Made by a program: the position numbers and the translations under genes
Part shown: positions 26,391 through 39,523 of the stretch, piece by piece
Layout: each line of letters begins with the position of its first letter
Position numbering within the stretch: the stretch's first letter is position 1
Assembly (NCBI GenBank): GCA_021613535.1
Contig: CP075492.1
Location: 8,060,001-8,124,000, forward strand
Direction: 5' to 3'
Length of the DNA: 64,000 nucleotides
From: Adineta vaga
Taxonomy: Eukaryota > Animalia > Rotifera
The notes under the pieces: model-generated
Told to the model about the DNA's origin: nothing
The model's input: only the letters and a program-made list of their open reading frames with translations
Database searches by the model: none

Positions 26391-27530
26391 ATGGAATTTT
26401 CATTTGATATAAATCAAGTTTTACCTTTTGAGATAACAATACTCAATGGTGATTATCGAGTTCTCAATCCAGGTCAATCTGTTCGAATACTGTGAGTACA
26501 CTACACATCTGTTTGTAATCTCTATTCATTCAAATATTTTCTGTTTGAATAGTGCTCCTGAAAAACTTACCTCTATTATTAATGCAATGGGTGAAGCTTC
26601 CTATAAAGTACATATAATCAGTTATTGTTTAACTCATCTTTCACTTATTTTCATTTAATTGAAACTACTTAGGCACAGGGATTATATGGTCCAATAACTA
26701 CAGCACGTAAACTACGCGTTTCTGATCATCGTTTATACATCGTAAAAAAGCCCGATGATAACAAGTATGAATTTAGTTATAATGTCATTTATAATAATTT
26801 ATATTTGCTAGCAATAAAGGTTCAGTTGTTGGTATATTAAAAGTAGGTCCAAAACATTTATATATCTACGATACGAACGGTCAAGTCTATGAACGAACAC
26901 CTTTGTGTATACTTGATTTTTATGTTCATGAAAGTAAACAAAGATTAGGTTTTGGTAAAAATCTATTTGATACGATGCTCAATGTAAGTGAAACCAAATG
27001 TTTTTATGTTACTTCTGACAGTTTTCTGAATTGAATTTAGTATGAGAAATGTGCCCCATATGAATTGCCCGTTGATCGTCCATCGAATAAATGTTTAGCA
27101 TTTCTTCATAAACATTATCATCTTTCATCACCTATTCATCAAGTCAATAATTTTGTTGTCTATCAAGCATTTTTCAATCAATCTCTGGACATAAACACGA
27201 AAGAAAAAACCTCGTCCACTAGGAAACATAATCAAGACTCTACTTCATTGTTAATTCCCTCACAAAAACACGAATTAGAAAGAAATCAACAATTGAAAAC
27301 AAATATCGATGAAAAACGTCTCCCGATTTCTCACTATTCAACTTCTTACAATCGACATTTCAATCAAAATCAGTAAGAGAATTTCCTAAAAATTGAATAC
27401 TCGATCACAATCTAATCTTTTATTTAGTCTCAACACATCTTCAACAATAAAATCACAAATATCATCATCATCATCATCATCAACTTGGAGAATATTTGGT
27501 ATACCTCAGTTACATAATCAGAACTTCTAA
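26391..27530 (+). CDS. ATAT1: Alpha-tubulin N-acetyltransferase (MEC-17 family)
   Basis: [49 protein letters not shown] and [16 protein letters not shown]. Confidence 0.92.
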
Positions 27531-27829
27531 TCTCATTTTTTTTCGATGAAGTACATCTAGAATATTTTCTTTTTATTATTTCTCGAAAATAAATTAAACT
27601 ACGAATAAAACGAAATGAATGAATGATTACAGCTACATATATAAGAGTGACATCTATTTTTGATGGATCAATTCCATCTAATAGAAAGTTAATAGGAACG
27701 AATGAAAATACGTGTTCTGTTTTCTTCTCTTCTCGATTTTTTTTCCTGTTAATTCATCGTCGTCATCATCATTTGATTTGATCATTCATTTATTCATTTA
27801 TTGATCTTATATTTCACCGATTACTAATC

Positions 27830-30800
27830 ATGTCAAATCCATTTTTAATTCTTTCGGATTCCTCTTCAAATCCATCGTATTCATCCTCATCTTCAAAACC
27901 TGTTTCCATAGTCGATGATGTTTCTTTACCACCGAATACCTACCAAGATATACTTGAATATGTTCTTCTTTGCACAGTGAATGAACAACCATCCTCTACA
28001 CTCGTTTTTCTAGCAGAATTAGCCAGTGGATTACCTGATCAATGGGATAAAAATTCAATTGATCAAGCTTTATTCGAACGTTTACGAATGATAGATCCAT
28101 CAAGTCAATTACTAACACCCGCATCATCAACAGGAAAAAAATCAACAAATAAAAGTGATGAAAATATAGTTGTAGAAACACGATGTTTAAATTATTTAGC
28201 CGGATGTTATCAAAGATTAGTTCGGCAACGAGTAAATTTTATTTTCTTCAATCAATTTCATTTTGACTGAATTATATCTGTTCAATAGGATCATTTTAAA
28301 TCAATACTCGATGATATTAAGAAATTATTTATTGATCATAGTAAAACAGCCATTAGTTTACCAGATCTTTATGAAGGTCAAGATTTATCTAAACAATGGT
28401 TAGAATTATTAATAGATGGTCAAGGTAAATTTTCATTAAGTTCTATAAATTCTTCTTCCATTTTTAAATTTAGAAAATCCTTCTATATGTGAATATACTG
28501 ATTGTATTAATAATGATATGTTTTCAGCAACATCAACGGATGAAATGGAAACTCTCTATAATTCTGTCTTTCTTCATATGTATAAAGCTATTAAACCACT
28601 TGATTATTTTTCTACGGAATTATTTTCATATATTGGCACATTAACTCATCTGGCGAAATGGTCAATACTTGTTCGCGTATGTCCTATTGTTTTTAACTAT
28701 TTTACTTAAACTAATTTCGTTTTGATTTAGATTATCTTTCGATTGTCTCATCCAAAGACAGCATCGAATCGTTCAGTACGAAGTCCTCTTGCAGCAGCAG
28801 CAGCAGGTAATGGTGGTCGAGCTTTTGAAGATACATTAATAGGAACTCTTCTTTCCAAATCATGTTTACCTTTATTACCTGGAAAACCTTATCTATTCTT
28901 TGAAAAACCAAAAGTAATGAGCGAACGTGATGTTGAATTAACGGCTGGAACAATGTGGCAGGTAAGATTAAACTTAATGGATTCTGAATTGATATTATTA
29001 TTATTCATTTGTAGCCAATGCGAGCATATCAAGAATATTTATCTCAGATGTTTTTGGCATTTGTCAAAGGTGCTGAAGCACGTAATGATGTATTACAATG
29101 GATGGGTGATTGTTTAGTTCAAAATCGAGGTATATTATCGATAGAATCATGAATCGGGTTGTTTTGATGTTCGTTTTTTTTTCTAGGAAAAAATAAAGAA
29201 TGGTCATCACATAATCCATTAACTGCTTATGTTTATGTTAGTGATGGATTTCTACTAAATTTAAATCTAATTCTATTGAATCTTGCTCGACCATTTGCTG
29301 AACCGTATTCACCAAAATTATTAAAAATTAGTCCAATCTATGCAATAAATGAAAGTGAAAATGTTCATTTAAAAGGTACGATTTCAAATGAAAATATTAT
29401 CTATTAATAACGTGGTGTTTTCTCTTCGTCTTCTTTTGATTCGAATAGATCTTCACAAAGATACACCATTTATTGTTCGTGATGAAGAAAATCTTCCGGA
29501 AAAAACTAGTCCAATGACATATAACTTTATTACTGAAATCTTCTTTATGTCACATTTAAGTTATACAAATTCAGTTCAACGACTTCATCGAATGTTATTA
29601 AAAGTAAATAGTCTTATTCAAATAATCTACTCTAAATAATTCGCTCTTAGATCAACGATGAACTATCACGTATTCAACATGCTTTTAATGATGCAACTCG
29701 ATTACATGGAGCAAATCATGAAGGTTCACGAAGATTAGAAGAAACGATGGAACAAGGTAATGAATTTTGTTGAATTTTAACAGTAAACTTCATCAATATA
29801 TTCATTTTCAGGTATGACTGCCTTTCTCAATATAAAAACTGTATTGAATGAACCACGTCTTTTGGAATTATCGAATGCATTTTTGACTGCCACATGTTCA
29901 TGGCTCGTTCATCTTGCATCATGTGATCAATCAGAAAATGTTGAACAAATTCAACCGATTCAACGATTACCATTATCCTCGAAAGTAAATCGTGAATTAA
30001 GTTTTATTCCAGAATTTATCATGGAAAATATTACGAATTATTTGACGTTTCTAAGTCGATTCAATGTAAAATTATTTGAAGTATGTTCTTTTTCTTATAC
30101 ACATGAATATTTTGTTAAAACCTTTTTTCATCTTATCAAAGACTCTCGATCATGTTAATGAATATGTGACATTGGTTTTGGTATTTATGGGTGATGCAAA
30201 TCGTCTACGTAATCCACATTTACGTGCTGCATTAGCAGAAGCATTTGAAGCTATTTTACCAAATAAACAACATGGTGGTGGTCGGACATTGAATAGGTTT
30301 GTTGAATTCATTCTTAGCTAATTTTGTTTTCGAATAACTTCTCCCTATAATTAGTTCGTTTGCTGAAGCGATTTTTACGAATCATCCTTTAATCGAACAT
30401 TTACCACGTGTTCTTCTTGATGTTTTTGTTTCGATTGAATTAACTGGACAAGCAGTAGCCTTTGAACAAAAATTTAATTATCGTCGTCCAATGTATGAAA
30501 TACTTGAATATCTTTGGAAATTTGAAAAACATCGTGAACAAGTGAAAGTATGTCAGTAATCAAATTGAATAATCTACTATGTTTCGTTTGTATTTTTCAT
30601 CAAAAGAAACTTGCAGAATATGCTGAAGAGCATATGGAGGATGCGGAAGCTCCACTCTTTCTTCGATTTATCAATTTACTTATGAATGATGCGAATTATC
30701 TCTTGGATGAAGCATTATCAGTAAGATTATGGAGACATTCATTCGAATTATTATCTTTCTGTTGTTTTTAGCATATGGCTCGTTTGAAAAGTAATCAAGA

Positions 30801-31725
30801 AGCAATGGATCGTGGTGAATGGACTAGTCTTCCAGATCAACAAAGACAAGAATTAGAAAATACATTTCAACATACAGGTCAAATAGCTCGTTATACAAAT
30901 ATAATGGGAATTAAAACTGTAAGAGAAGAAAATTGAATTTCATCACAATTATTGTTTCTTTTTTATTTTATTGATCTAGTTAATTATTCTTGATATGATT
31001 ACACGTGATATACAATCCATCTTTTGCAATCCAGCAATTTGTGAACGATTAGCTTCTATGTTAAATTATTTTCTTCATCATTTAGTTCGTAGTTTGATTT
31101 CGTTAAAATGATGATTCATACAAATATTTGTTTCTTGTAGGTTGGACCAAAGCGACGCAATCTGAAAGTACGAGATTTAAATGAATATCAATTTGAACCA
31201 CAAAAATTAGTTGCAAAAGTAACAGATATTTATTTAAATTTCGCCGAACGTGAAGAATTTTGTGCCGCAGTTTGTAGTGATGGAATGTAAGACAACGATT
31301 TGAGAGGCAAATTTCTTAATAAATTTGTTTGTCTATTCTTTTAAAGGTCATATAATGAACAATTATTTCCACAAGCAGTTGACGTCTTAGAAAAGATTCG
31401 ACATCCAACTGAACGAATAGATGCTTTTATCAAACTTGGCGAACATATTAAAGATGTAGCTGTACAACAGAAAGAAGATGATGCAGTTTATGATGATGCA
31501 CCAGATGAATATCTTGATCCAATTACAAGTTCTCTCATGACTGATCCTGTCATGTTACCAAGTTCACATCAAATTATTGATCGTGCAACAATTTCTCGGC
31601 ATCTTTTGAGTGATCAAACGGATCCATTCAATCGAAATCCATTACATATGCAAGATGTCATTCCGCAAGCGGATTTAAAACAAGCAATTGAACAATGGAA
31701 AGCATCACGACGTCGACAACAATGA
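27830..31725 (+). CDS. UBE4A: Ubiquitin conjugation factor E4 (Ufd2 core plus U-box), UBE4A-like
   Basis: [42 protein letters not shown] and a C-terminal U-box ([15 protein letters not shown]...SDQTDPFNR). Confidence 0.92.
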
Positions 31726-31870
31726 TAAATTTTGTTTTTGAACTTATGCATAATAGATTTCTTTTTCTTTTGTTCTATTTATTAAAATATAAACGATCAA
31801 TTGAGAGTGTATGTGCACGTTATATTTAAACGATTTTATAGATTATTTTCATTTGTTTCTATTCGAATCG

Positions 31871-32461
31871 ATGGATATTGCAATTGTTCGAGATGTTGCT
31901 CGATGGACTGACAATATTTTAAAATCTATTGGGTTGGTCTTCTTCCCTTTTGAAGTGAAAATTTCGATAGTTCTTCGATATTTAGAATCAAACCACTTCC
32001 TCCATCGCCTCCACCACCGCTTCCAATCACAAATACATCATTAACAGGTGTCATTCTATCACCAACAGCAAGAAATTTTGTTCGTTGTGCTGGTTTATCT
32101 GGCAGTTTGGCAATTTTCTTAGGTGTCTATGGAGCACATGCAATGAAAGATAATACACCTGAAGAACTTCGTCGTGTATGTTCATATTAGGAAAATTTAT
32201 CTTATACTCTTTTTTTCTATCTTATCTATTTAGTTATTTCAAATGGCACAAACCTATCATCTTCTTCATTCAGTTGCTTTTCTTGGTTTACCATTAGTTT
32301 CTCGACCTATGATTACAGGTTCATTATTTATCAGTGGTATTACTTTATTTTGTGGTCCTATGTATTTTCATGCTATTCGTAATGATGCACGATATCGTCG
32401 TGTTACACCCTATGGTGGTCTTCTTCTTCTAGCTGGATGGTTATCTATTTTTATACTTTGA
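31871..32461 (+). CDS. TMEM256: Transmembrane protein 256 (DUF423)
   Basis: AGLSGSLAIFLGVYGAH, YHLLHSVA, GITLFCG and TPYGGLLLLAGW. Confidence 0.85.
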
Positions 32462-32886
32462 AAAACAAACACAAAGACCTATATTTTTTTCTATTAACAC
32501 ATTTTTAGAGAAGAACTTAGTTCTTTGAATAATAAACTCGAACATTTGCTACAAAAGAAAAGTATGTTCACGTACTTTCTCTTAGTGGAATTCATGTTAG
32601 TTATCGTACCATAATTAACTTTGTTAAAGTTATTTTTAACTGTAATTCTTGAAAAATGGCACAGATTATTTTATTAAAACCTTTGATCTGTCTACCTATT
32701 AGTCTCATTTAAAAGTTAAAGATGAACGATGATTCTAAATATAAATCTCTAGTAAAATTACGTTTATGTCGGATGTAAAAGACATGTTCTCGAGCTTCTT
32801 TGTACATTTCATTAAAATCCTATACAGTATATATTGATTTAAAAAAAAGAAGCTCATCTCATTCGATAGACATTTTTAAAAAAAAT

Positions 32887-33810
32887 ATGCAACCCTTACT
32901 GAAATTTATCTTACTTGTGACTTTTCAAATTCCAGCAATATGTATTTCAATCTTTATTTTGATCTATTTTGCATTTGATCGAACTATTCGATCGAAACGA
33001 GAAAATCACATATGGTTTATTCTTCTTATTCTGAATTTCTTTTATTTAATTTCTGATTTACCAATGACAATGAGTTATCTCTATTATGGAAGAATTTTAT
33101 TCGAAACAGATGGTTATTGTGTTTGGTGGACATGGTATGAATTATCATTAAATACACTCGGATTACAACTCATGACTTGGGCATCGATTGAACGACATTT
33201 TTTTGTATTTCATTCTCATACAATTATGCGTGTACAATGGAAAGTTTGGATATTACATATTATTCCAGTTATTCTCTGTTTTACATGGGTACTTACATTT
33301 CATTTCATTTTGATTGTCATTTCTCCATTTTGTATTAACACGTGGAATTTTGAAGTTGTTCGTTGTGGTTCACCATGCGTTTTTACCATTGAAAATCCTC
33401 TTTATGGCTTGATTGAATTTGTAGCAAATATTGCTTTTCCTCTCGCTGTACTTTGCTTAGCGAATATAAGTCTGATTATTCGTGTAATCTATCAAAAGAT
33501 TTCTCACAATCAAATTATTCATTGGCGTCGTCATCGTAAAATGACATTTCAATTATGGATGATATCTTCAGTCTATCTAGCATTTTGGTTACCCTTTACA
33601 TTATCACAAATCATCCGAATCACTGTTATGCCAACCTTTTTTCTTGATCAATATGACACGATACTATTTATTATTTATTTCATTCCATTATTATTACCGA
33701 TAGTATGCTTAAATACATATCCGGAATTATTAAGAAAAATGCGTGACATTATACAAAGACGAATACGAAGAAATCGAGTGGATGTACGCACAATTCGAAA
33801 TATTCATTAG
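32887..33810 (+). CDS. Orphan rhodopsin-class GPCR
   Basis: Seven hydrophobic segments and WASIERH at the DRY position. No intron in the visible part; the start is uncertain. Confidence 0.82.
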   Translation: MQPLLKFILLVTFQIPAICISIFILIYFAFDRTIRSKRENHIWFILLILNFFYLISDLPMTMSYLYYGRILFETDGYCVWWTWYELSLNTLGLQLMTWASIERHFFVFHSHTIMRVQWKVWILHIIPVILCFTWVLTFHFILIVISPFCINTWNFEVVRCGSPCVFTIENPLYGLIEFVANIAFPLAVLCLANISLIIRVIYQKISHNQIIHWRRHRKMTFQLWMISSVYLAFWLPFTLSQIIRITVMPTFFLDQYDTILFIIYFIPLLLPIVCLNTYPELLRKMRDIIQRRIRRNRVDVRTIRNIH

Positions 33811-34146
33811 AATTAGTTTTTAAGTAGTTTGAAATCATTCAGAAAAAGAACAATTTTAGTTTAATAAAGATTTAACTGAAGTAGAACACTGTAATATTAT
33901 ACTTGCACCAAAAATATAAATAATGACGTTAAGGAAGCCAGAGAACGGAATGAATAAATAACACCCTTAGAAGAAAAAGCACATTATGCTTGTTTTTTGT
34001 TTTTGTTTGTCAGAATTGATAGTGTGTTGTGCAATTTTGATGACGCTAGTCTTACCAACATTCAGTGCACTTGTGTCAGTTTCTATCAAACTATAAATAC
34101 AAATACAAAATGTATCTTACTTTTACTTACAAAATTAATACGAAAT

Positions 34147-37100
34147 ATGACTTCGGATCTTAATCTATTCTTATATCCAAATGAAAATGGTTTCATTGGT
34201 AAACTTGCATTGAATACATCAGAAAATGCTAATATCAAGGAAAATCTTCTATCGAAATCGAAAATTTCTACCATTGTCATTCTCGATCGATCTGGTTCAA
34301 TGGGTAATTCTGTTCCAAGATTTGTCAATCAAATCTTACCTTCTGTTTTCAAAATTCTCGATTATAATGTAAATGAGATCATTACATTAATTACATTTGA
34401 TAGTAATGCAAATTTATATCAAATGCCATTGGAAAAATTTCCTAGTTTTAGTATTAAATGCCAAGGTTCAACAAATATGGCAACGGGTGTAGCAACACTA
34501 ACTGATTTTATTCTGAAGAAATTACCACAAGATTGTCGAAGTTTACGATTATTAACAATATCTGATGGTGAAGTTTCAGATCAACAGCAAGTTCAAACGC
34601 TTGCAGCTCAATTAACTTCATTTATTAAAAATGATTATATAATCAATTCACAAGCTGTTCGCTTATTTACTTCGAGTTCTCAACCTGATACACGAGCTGT
34701 ATCAAGTCTTTTACAATTAAATAACATTTCAACTGTTCATCTACTTGATCTAAAAACTAGTTTATCTGATAAAGAAATATCTGCTACTATTGCTAGTCTA
34801 TATTCTGAAGATTCATTAGATCAACATGCTGTTCTGAAATCGAATGAATCGATTCTAAAAAGTACACCCTGGCAAGAAAATACTTATGACACAATTTCAT
34901 TATTTCCTGGTGAAAATTTATTTTGGTTAAGTGAATTTCCAAGTGGAAATTTAACTGTCGGTGATACAAATGTTCAAATTCATATACAAGAAAGTTTAAC
35001 TGTAGATACATATGAAAAATTATTACATACAAAAATTGAATATTATATAAATCAATTGAAAATTTTGAAAGTAGTTAATACAAAAGAATCACAAAATGAA
35101 ATCAAAACAATGACGACGTATTTTCAAAATATGGAAAGTTCATTATCAGCCAATGAAAATGATGTTAAAATTCTTCTCAATGATTCAAGTTTACGTGCAC
35201 GTTTACAATATTTGAAAAGTTCAATTTTACGTCGAAAAAAATCATTTATTATGCGAATGTCACAAATTGCTAATGATGATAAAGTTTCGCAATTGAATTC
35301 GGCTCAACAAGCCGAATATTTACGTGCTGTAGATAGTTCATCGAAAAATGCACGTGGTTTAGCAAGACGTGCTGTGACACAAGGATTAGATTTTAATGAA
35401 ATTCTTCGAAAAGAAGTTCGACAAATGGCACAACATATAGATGAATTAAAAAATATTAATGATGATGATCATTTAGTTTCATTTTTTTCACAAGATACAA
35501 CACTGGGTGGTATTCGTGCTGTATGTCAACTCGTTGCTGACAATATGTTAGATGATACAGATGCGAATGATATTTTACGAATGGTTAATATCGTTGGAAT
35601 TGCATGTGCAGGTCCAATCGGAGAATTTCCAGATCCAATGACTTGGCGCGTCAATGAAATCTATCAAGGTTGTTATGTTAGTTTAGCTGATGTTCTCATG
35701 GCTTTTATTCAATCGAAAGGACAACATTTACAAACACCTGCAACAAATAAAACTATCACTAATGTCATACCAATTATTGAAGATGGACGTATTGCAAAAT
35801 TTTTACAAAAATATGCTCCTTCTCTACTGGAATATACATGTTCCATTGGTATGAGACGTTTACTAGCCGATGTACCCATGACAGCTGGTTATACAATTTG
35901 TGCCGGTATTTGGAAATTCATTGAAGATTTAAATACACACAAATCTGAATTACATCTGAAAACATTCGAACAAGTAGTAAAAACTTATGAAATTATTATT
36001 GGAAATTATTTTCAACATGTCATGCCTTATATTAAAGAACAAAAGAATGATATGTCGTATTATATTGCAAATAATGGAACAACAAATATGATTAGTCCAA
36101 TGATTAAATTATATCGTGAAAATGATGCAAATAAATTAAAACAAATGCCGAACATTTTACGTGCGCTATATACATACGAAATCTGGCAAGGTGTTCGTCG
36201 ACAATATAAAAATCGTGATGATTCTGATTTAATTGCTCAAAAAATGCTCGAACGATTAATTGGATTAGATTTAAATAAATACAAAACATCATTACAACCA
36301 TTATACGAACCTGAACCGACATTAAATGAAATTTCATTTCATGATCAATTACATATCGATCAAACTTATCTTGATGAATTACTTCAAACAGTTTATTATG
36401 TTGATTATGTAACACTATTGCCGAAATATATTTCTGCTGTTGTGAATAATAATACTGATAGTATTAAACAAATCTCATCCATTGATGAAAATTTCATTTG
36501 CAAAGAATTAAAAATCGATTATGATTTACAAACGTTTAAATTTTATAATGTTTTTCAAGCATTGTACTATACTAGTAAAGCTAGTCGAGTTGATAGTGAT
36601 AATGAAACAATGAAAATGATCGATTTAATTGATGAACAAGCTGCACAAAAGATTGTACAAGATTATATTCGTAAACGATTTGAAAATCAATATGCAACAG
36701 ATTTAGCGACAAAAGGACAAGTTGAACGAACAACATTAACTTCAACATTAGTTCAATCAATTTTAGATGCTACTGAACATAATGAAATGGTTACATTGAT
36801 ACGCGAAGGTTTAGTACGTGGTAAAATTCGAGTAGCAATTGCTAATACATCAAGTTTAGGATTTGCAGAATTGCAAAATCGATCATTGGATTTGCATGAA
36901 ACTGTTCCTCGACGTTTAGATATCCTTGCAGTTCTTCTCTTAGGACGAGAATATAAAAAGAATGATGAACCCGTATGGAATAATGGTAATGCTTTATTTA
37001 CATCGAAACTAGCAGAATATAAGCGTGCTTTTGTTACATTGGGTTTTGCTGGAGTATGGGAAAAGATAAGAGCTGAACATAAGAACCGTACTTTATATAC

Positions 37101-37278
37101 TTATCGTGATGGATTTAATCGACATGGACATGGTAATACAAAGCCATCGTATTGGGCGCATGGACATATGACCTTGCAATTGTTCAAGGAAAATGTCTCA
37201 CCTGAAGATTTCAAAGAATATTGTGAAATTCATCATGATTGTTGCGGAGTGTCACAAATCATCGGACTATTGAAATAA
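34147..37278 (+). CDS. Large intronless VWA-domain protein (~1043 aa)
   Basis: MIDAS motif ILDRSGSM, STNM and LLTISDGE, followed by a long helical region and a His/Cys-rich tail. Confidence 0.85.
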   Translation: MTSDLNLFLYPNENGFIGKLALNTSENANIKENLLSKSKISTIVILDRSGSMGNSVPRFVNQILPSVFKILDYNVNEIITLITFDSNANLYQMPLEKFPSFSIKCQGSTNMATGVATLTDFILKKLPQDCRSLRLLTISDGEVSDQQQVQTLAAQLTSFIKNDYIINSQAVRLFTSSSQPDTRAVSSLLQLNNISTVHLLDLKTSLSDKEISATIASLYSEDSLDQHAVLKSNESILKSTPWQENTYDTISLFPGENLFWLSEFPSGNLTVGDTNVQIHIQESLTVDTYEKLLHTKIEYYINQLKILKVVNTKESQNEIKTMTTYFQNMESSLSANENDVKILLNDSSLRARLQYLKSSILRRKKSFIMRMSQIANDDKVSQLNSAQQAEYLRAVDSSSKNARGLARRAVTQGLDFNEILRKEVRQMAQHIDELKNINDDDHLVSFFSQDTTLGGIRAVCQLVADNMLDDTDANDILRMVNIVGIACAGPIGEFPDPMTWRVNEIYQGCYVSLADVLMAFIQSKGQHLQTPATNKTITNVIPIIEDGRIAKFLQKYAPSLLEYTCSIGMRRLLADVPMTAGYTICAGIWKFIEDLNTHKSELHLKTFEQVVKTYEIIIGNYFQHVMPYIKEQKNDMSYYIANNGTTNMISPMIKLYRENDANKLKQMPNILRALYTYEIWQGVRRQYKNRDDSDLIAQKMLERLIGLDLNKYKTSLQPLYEPEPTLNEISFHDQLHIDQTYLDELLQTVYYVDYVTLLPKYISAVVNNNTDSIKQISSIDENFICKELKIDYDLQTFKFYNVFQALYYTSKASRVDSDNETMKMIDLIDEQAAQKIVQDYIRKRFENQYATDLATKGQVERTTLTSTLVQSILDATEHNEMVTLIREGLVRGKIRVAIANTSSLGFAELQNRSLDLHETVPRRLDILAVLLLGREYKKNDEPVWNNGNALFTSKLAEYKRAFVTLGFAGVWEKIRAEHKNRTLYTYRDGFNRHGHGNTKPSYWAHGHMTLQLFKENVSPEDFKEYCEIHHDCCGVSQIIGLLK

Positions 37279-37714
37279 ACATTTATATTATTTTCCGATG
37301 AGTTTGAATAAAAGTATCGAAGAACATTTTTCTAGAGTGAGTACTTTTCAAAAAGTTCACACTGGCTTTCCATGTAGAGAGGTTTCACAGTATATTCATT
37401 TGATAAGATTGAAATTCTCTGAAAGTCCTCAATGGTGATCTTTCAAAACATAGAACAATTAAATTATGAAAAATAAATTTCATCAATATTAAAATTCAAA
37501 TTGCGAAGTCTTTTAAAAGTCTTATTTTTCATAGGACAAAGACAAAGAAGTCATAAAATATCTACTGCCTTCTTTTTCATTGTTTGAATTTATAGTTCAA
37601 GTCGGGTGTCACATGTTTGTGTAAAGTCAGAAACAATTCTCTCATCAAAGGTGTTACTCAGTCAATGATTAAGCTGATCTTCGTATCAATAAAATCTTAT
37701 TGACGCACAAAACT

Positions 37715-38374
37715 ATGGGAGCTGGAACAGCCAATACAATAATGCAAGGATTATCAAAATATAGTTCTTTTCTGACATGGTTGCTTGTCGGCGCTCTGGT
37801 AGTGGGCGTAGCACTCGCTTCAATATCAACGTTGTATATTAGAGAAAAATGTAAGTATATAAACTTTTAGAAAGCGGCATTGTAGTCTAATAATGTTTAC
37901 TTCTATTTGATTTCAGCAATATCAACTGCTACAACAACATGTCCAACGACATCAACTATAGCAAGTAATTTAAGATCTTGTTTTGATAGGCTATTCTGAA
38001 ACATCGACGTAATATTATGTTTCCGTGTAGCCCAAACAAATACAAGTCAAGCTAATTCGTCACAAACATCACGTCAAGCATATATTTGTGGAAATGTAGA
38101 ATTGTATACACTTTGGCAATTATTTAACAGCAATGGAATAACAATGAAAATCAATACAACAATCTGTAACTTTAATTCTACTCCACTCTATTTCACTAGT
38201 ATGGCTGGCACTCATAATCATTGGGTGGCAACAGGTTATACAGCTATCTATTCTGCATCACAAAGTTTATTTACTGTATATGCACAATCAGCAAGTTATC
38301 CAAACAATACACAATTACTTGCTTTATCTCAGACATATCAATGGAATGTGAACTGGTTTGGTCTTCTCAACTAA
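37715..38374 (+). CDS. Single-pass membrane protein with a small beta-rich aromatic domain, tandem copy A
   Basis: Three exons. TM segment LTWLLVGALVVGVALASISTLY, then the domain CNFNSTPLYFTSMAGTHNHWVATGYTAIY. Confidence 0.8.
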
Positions 38375-38634
38375 AACTGTTTTTCTTTCTGTATTGTATA
38401 TCAACGTTATTTGATATAAAAAAAACTGAAATATAGGATGTGATCAGACCATTTCTATGATCATTATTAATATTATGCAGATTGAAAATTCTTGGCAAAA
38501 ATATATTTCATCATTCGAAGAAGAAATCATACAATATTCATTGTAGTTTTTTTCTCTTCGTTCTCTAAAATTGATACAAACAAAGTGACTTGCTTACTTG
38601 GAACTTATGAAAATAATAATCATAGTAGACAATT

Positions 38635-39339
38635 ATGACGACAGGATTATCAAAATACAGTTCATGTTTGACATGGACCCTTATTGGTGCTCTGATAGTG
38701 GGTGTTGCACTTGCTTCTATAACAACATTGTATATTAGAGAAAAATGTACGTACATATTTCTCTTGCTTATACAGAATATTTCGAATGAATCCTGTGTAC
38801 AATTCTGCTAGACTCCTAGATAATATTTCTAACTTAGCCTTCTTTTAGCAATATCAACTGACAAAACAACATGTACAACAATATCATCTGGATCAAGTAA
38901 GTTATTTGTTATACTTTAGAATTCGAATAAATTTTGAGAATAACTGCGAAGATGACCCTTTTTGTCAAATCAGAAAAAGAAAAGGTTTGTTTTAATACAA
39001 ATTTCAGCGTGTCAAACAAGTTCATCATTAACATATCGACAACCATACTACTGTGGAAATTCCACATCCTACACACTTTGGCAATTATTTCTCACCGACG
39101 GGATCACTATGACTATTGATACAAGTATTTGTAATTTTAACGCCACTCCTATATATTTCACAAGCATGGCTGGTATTAGTTATCATTGGGTTGCAACAGG
39201 TTATACTGCTATCTATTCTGCATCACAAAATACCTTCACGGTTTATGCTCATTCAGCAACCTACCCAAACAATACACAATTGCTTTATTTTTCACAATTT
39301 TATCAATGGAGTATCAATTGGTATGGTCTTCTTGATTGA
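38635..39339 (+). CDS. Single-pass membrane protein, tandem copy B
   Basis: Same exon structure as copy A with high similarity (GLSKYSS...LYIREK; YFTSMAGISYHWVATGYTAIYSASQ). Confidence 0.8.
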
Positions 39340-39523
39340 AACTTTTATTTCTATTGAATATTTACTTTTTATGAAATAATGTATTCATTTATAGAATATA
39401 TGTTACTTCTAAGAATGGAAATAAATTTTTTCATCATGTTTATATATTAAAATAAGATTAATGTATATCAAACATAAATTAAAAGATAATGAAACAATCA
39501 AACTGAAGACATATAATTTTATT

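Noticed and set aside
18120-26446. Apparent 8-kb ORF desert read as intergenic DNA or a CRISPR-like repeat-spacer array
   Set aside because: The repeats are protein-coding 84-nt exons with splice sites and synonymous variation, the spacers are 300-1000 nt introns, and there are no cas genes.
34086-36415. Antisense ORFs inside the VWA gene, and similar short overlapping ORFs across the track
   Set aside because: They are shadow frames of real genes or intron read-through, with no recognisable motifs.
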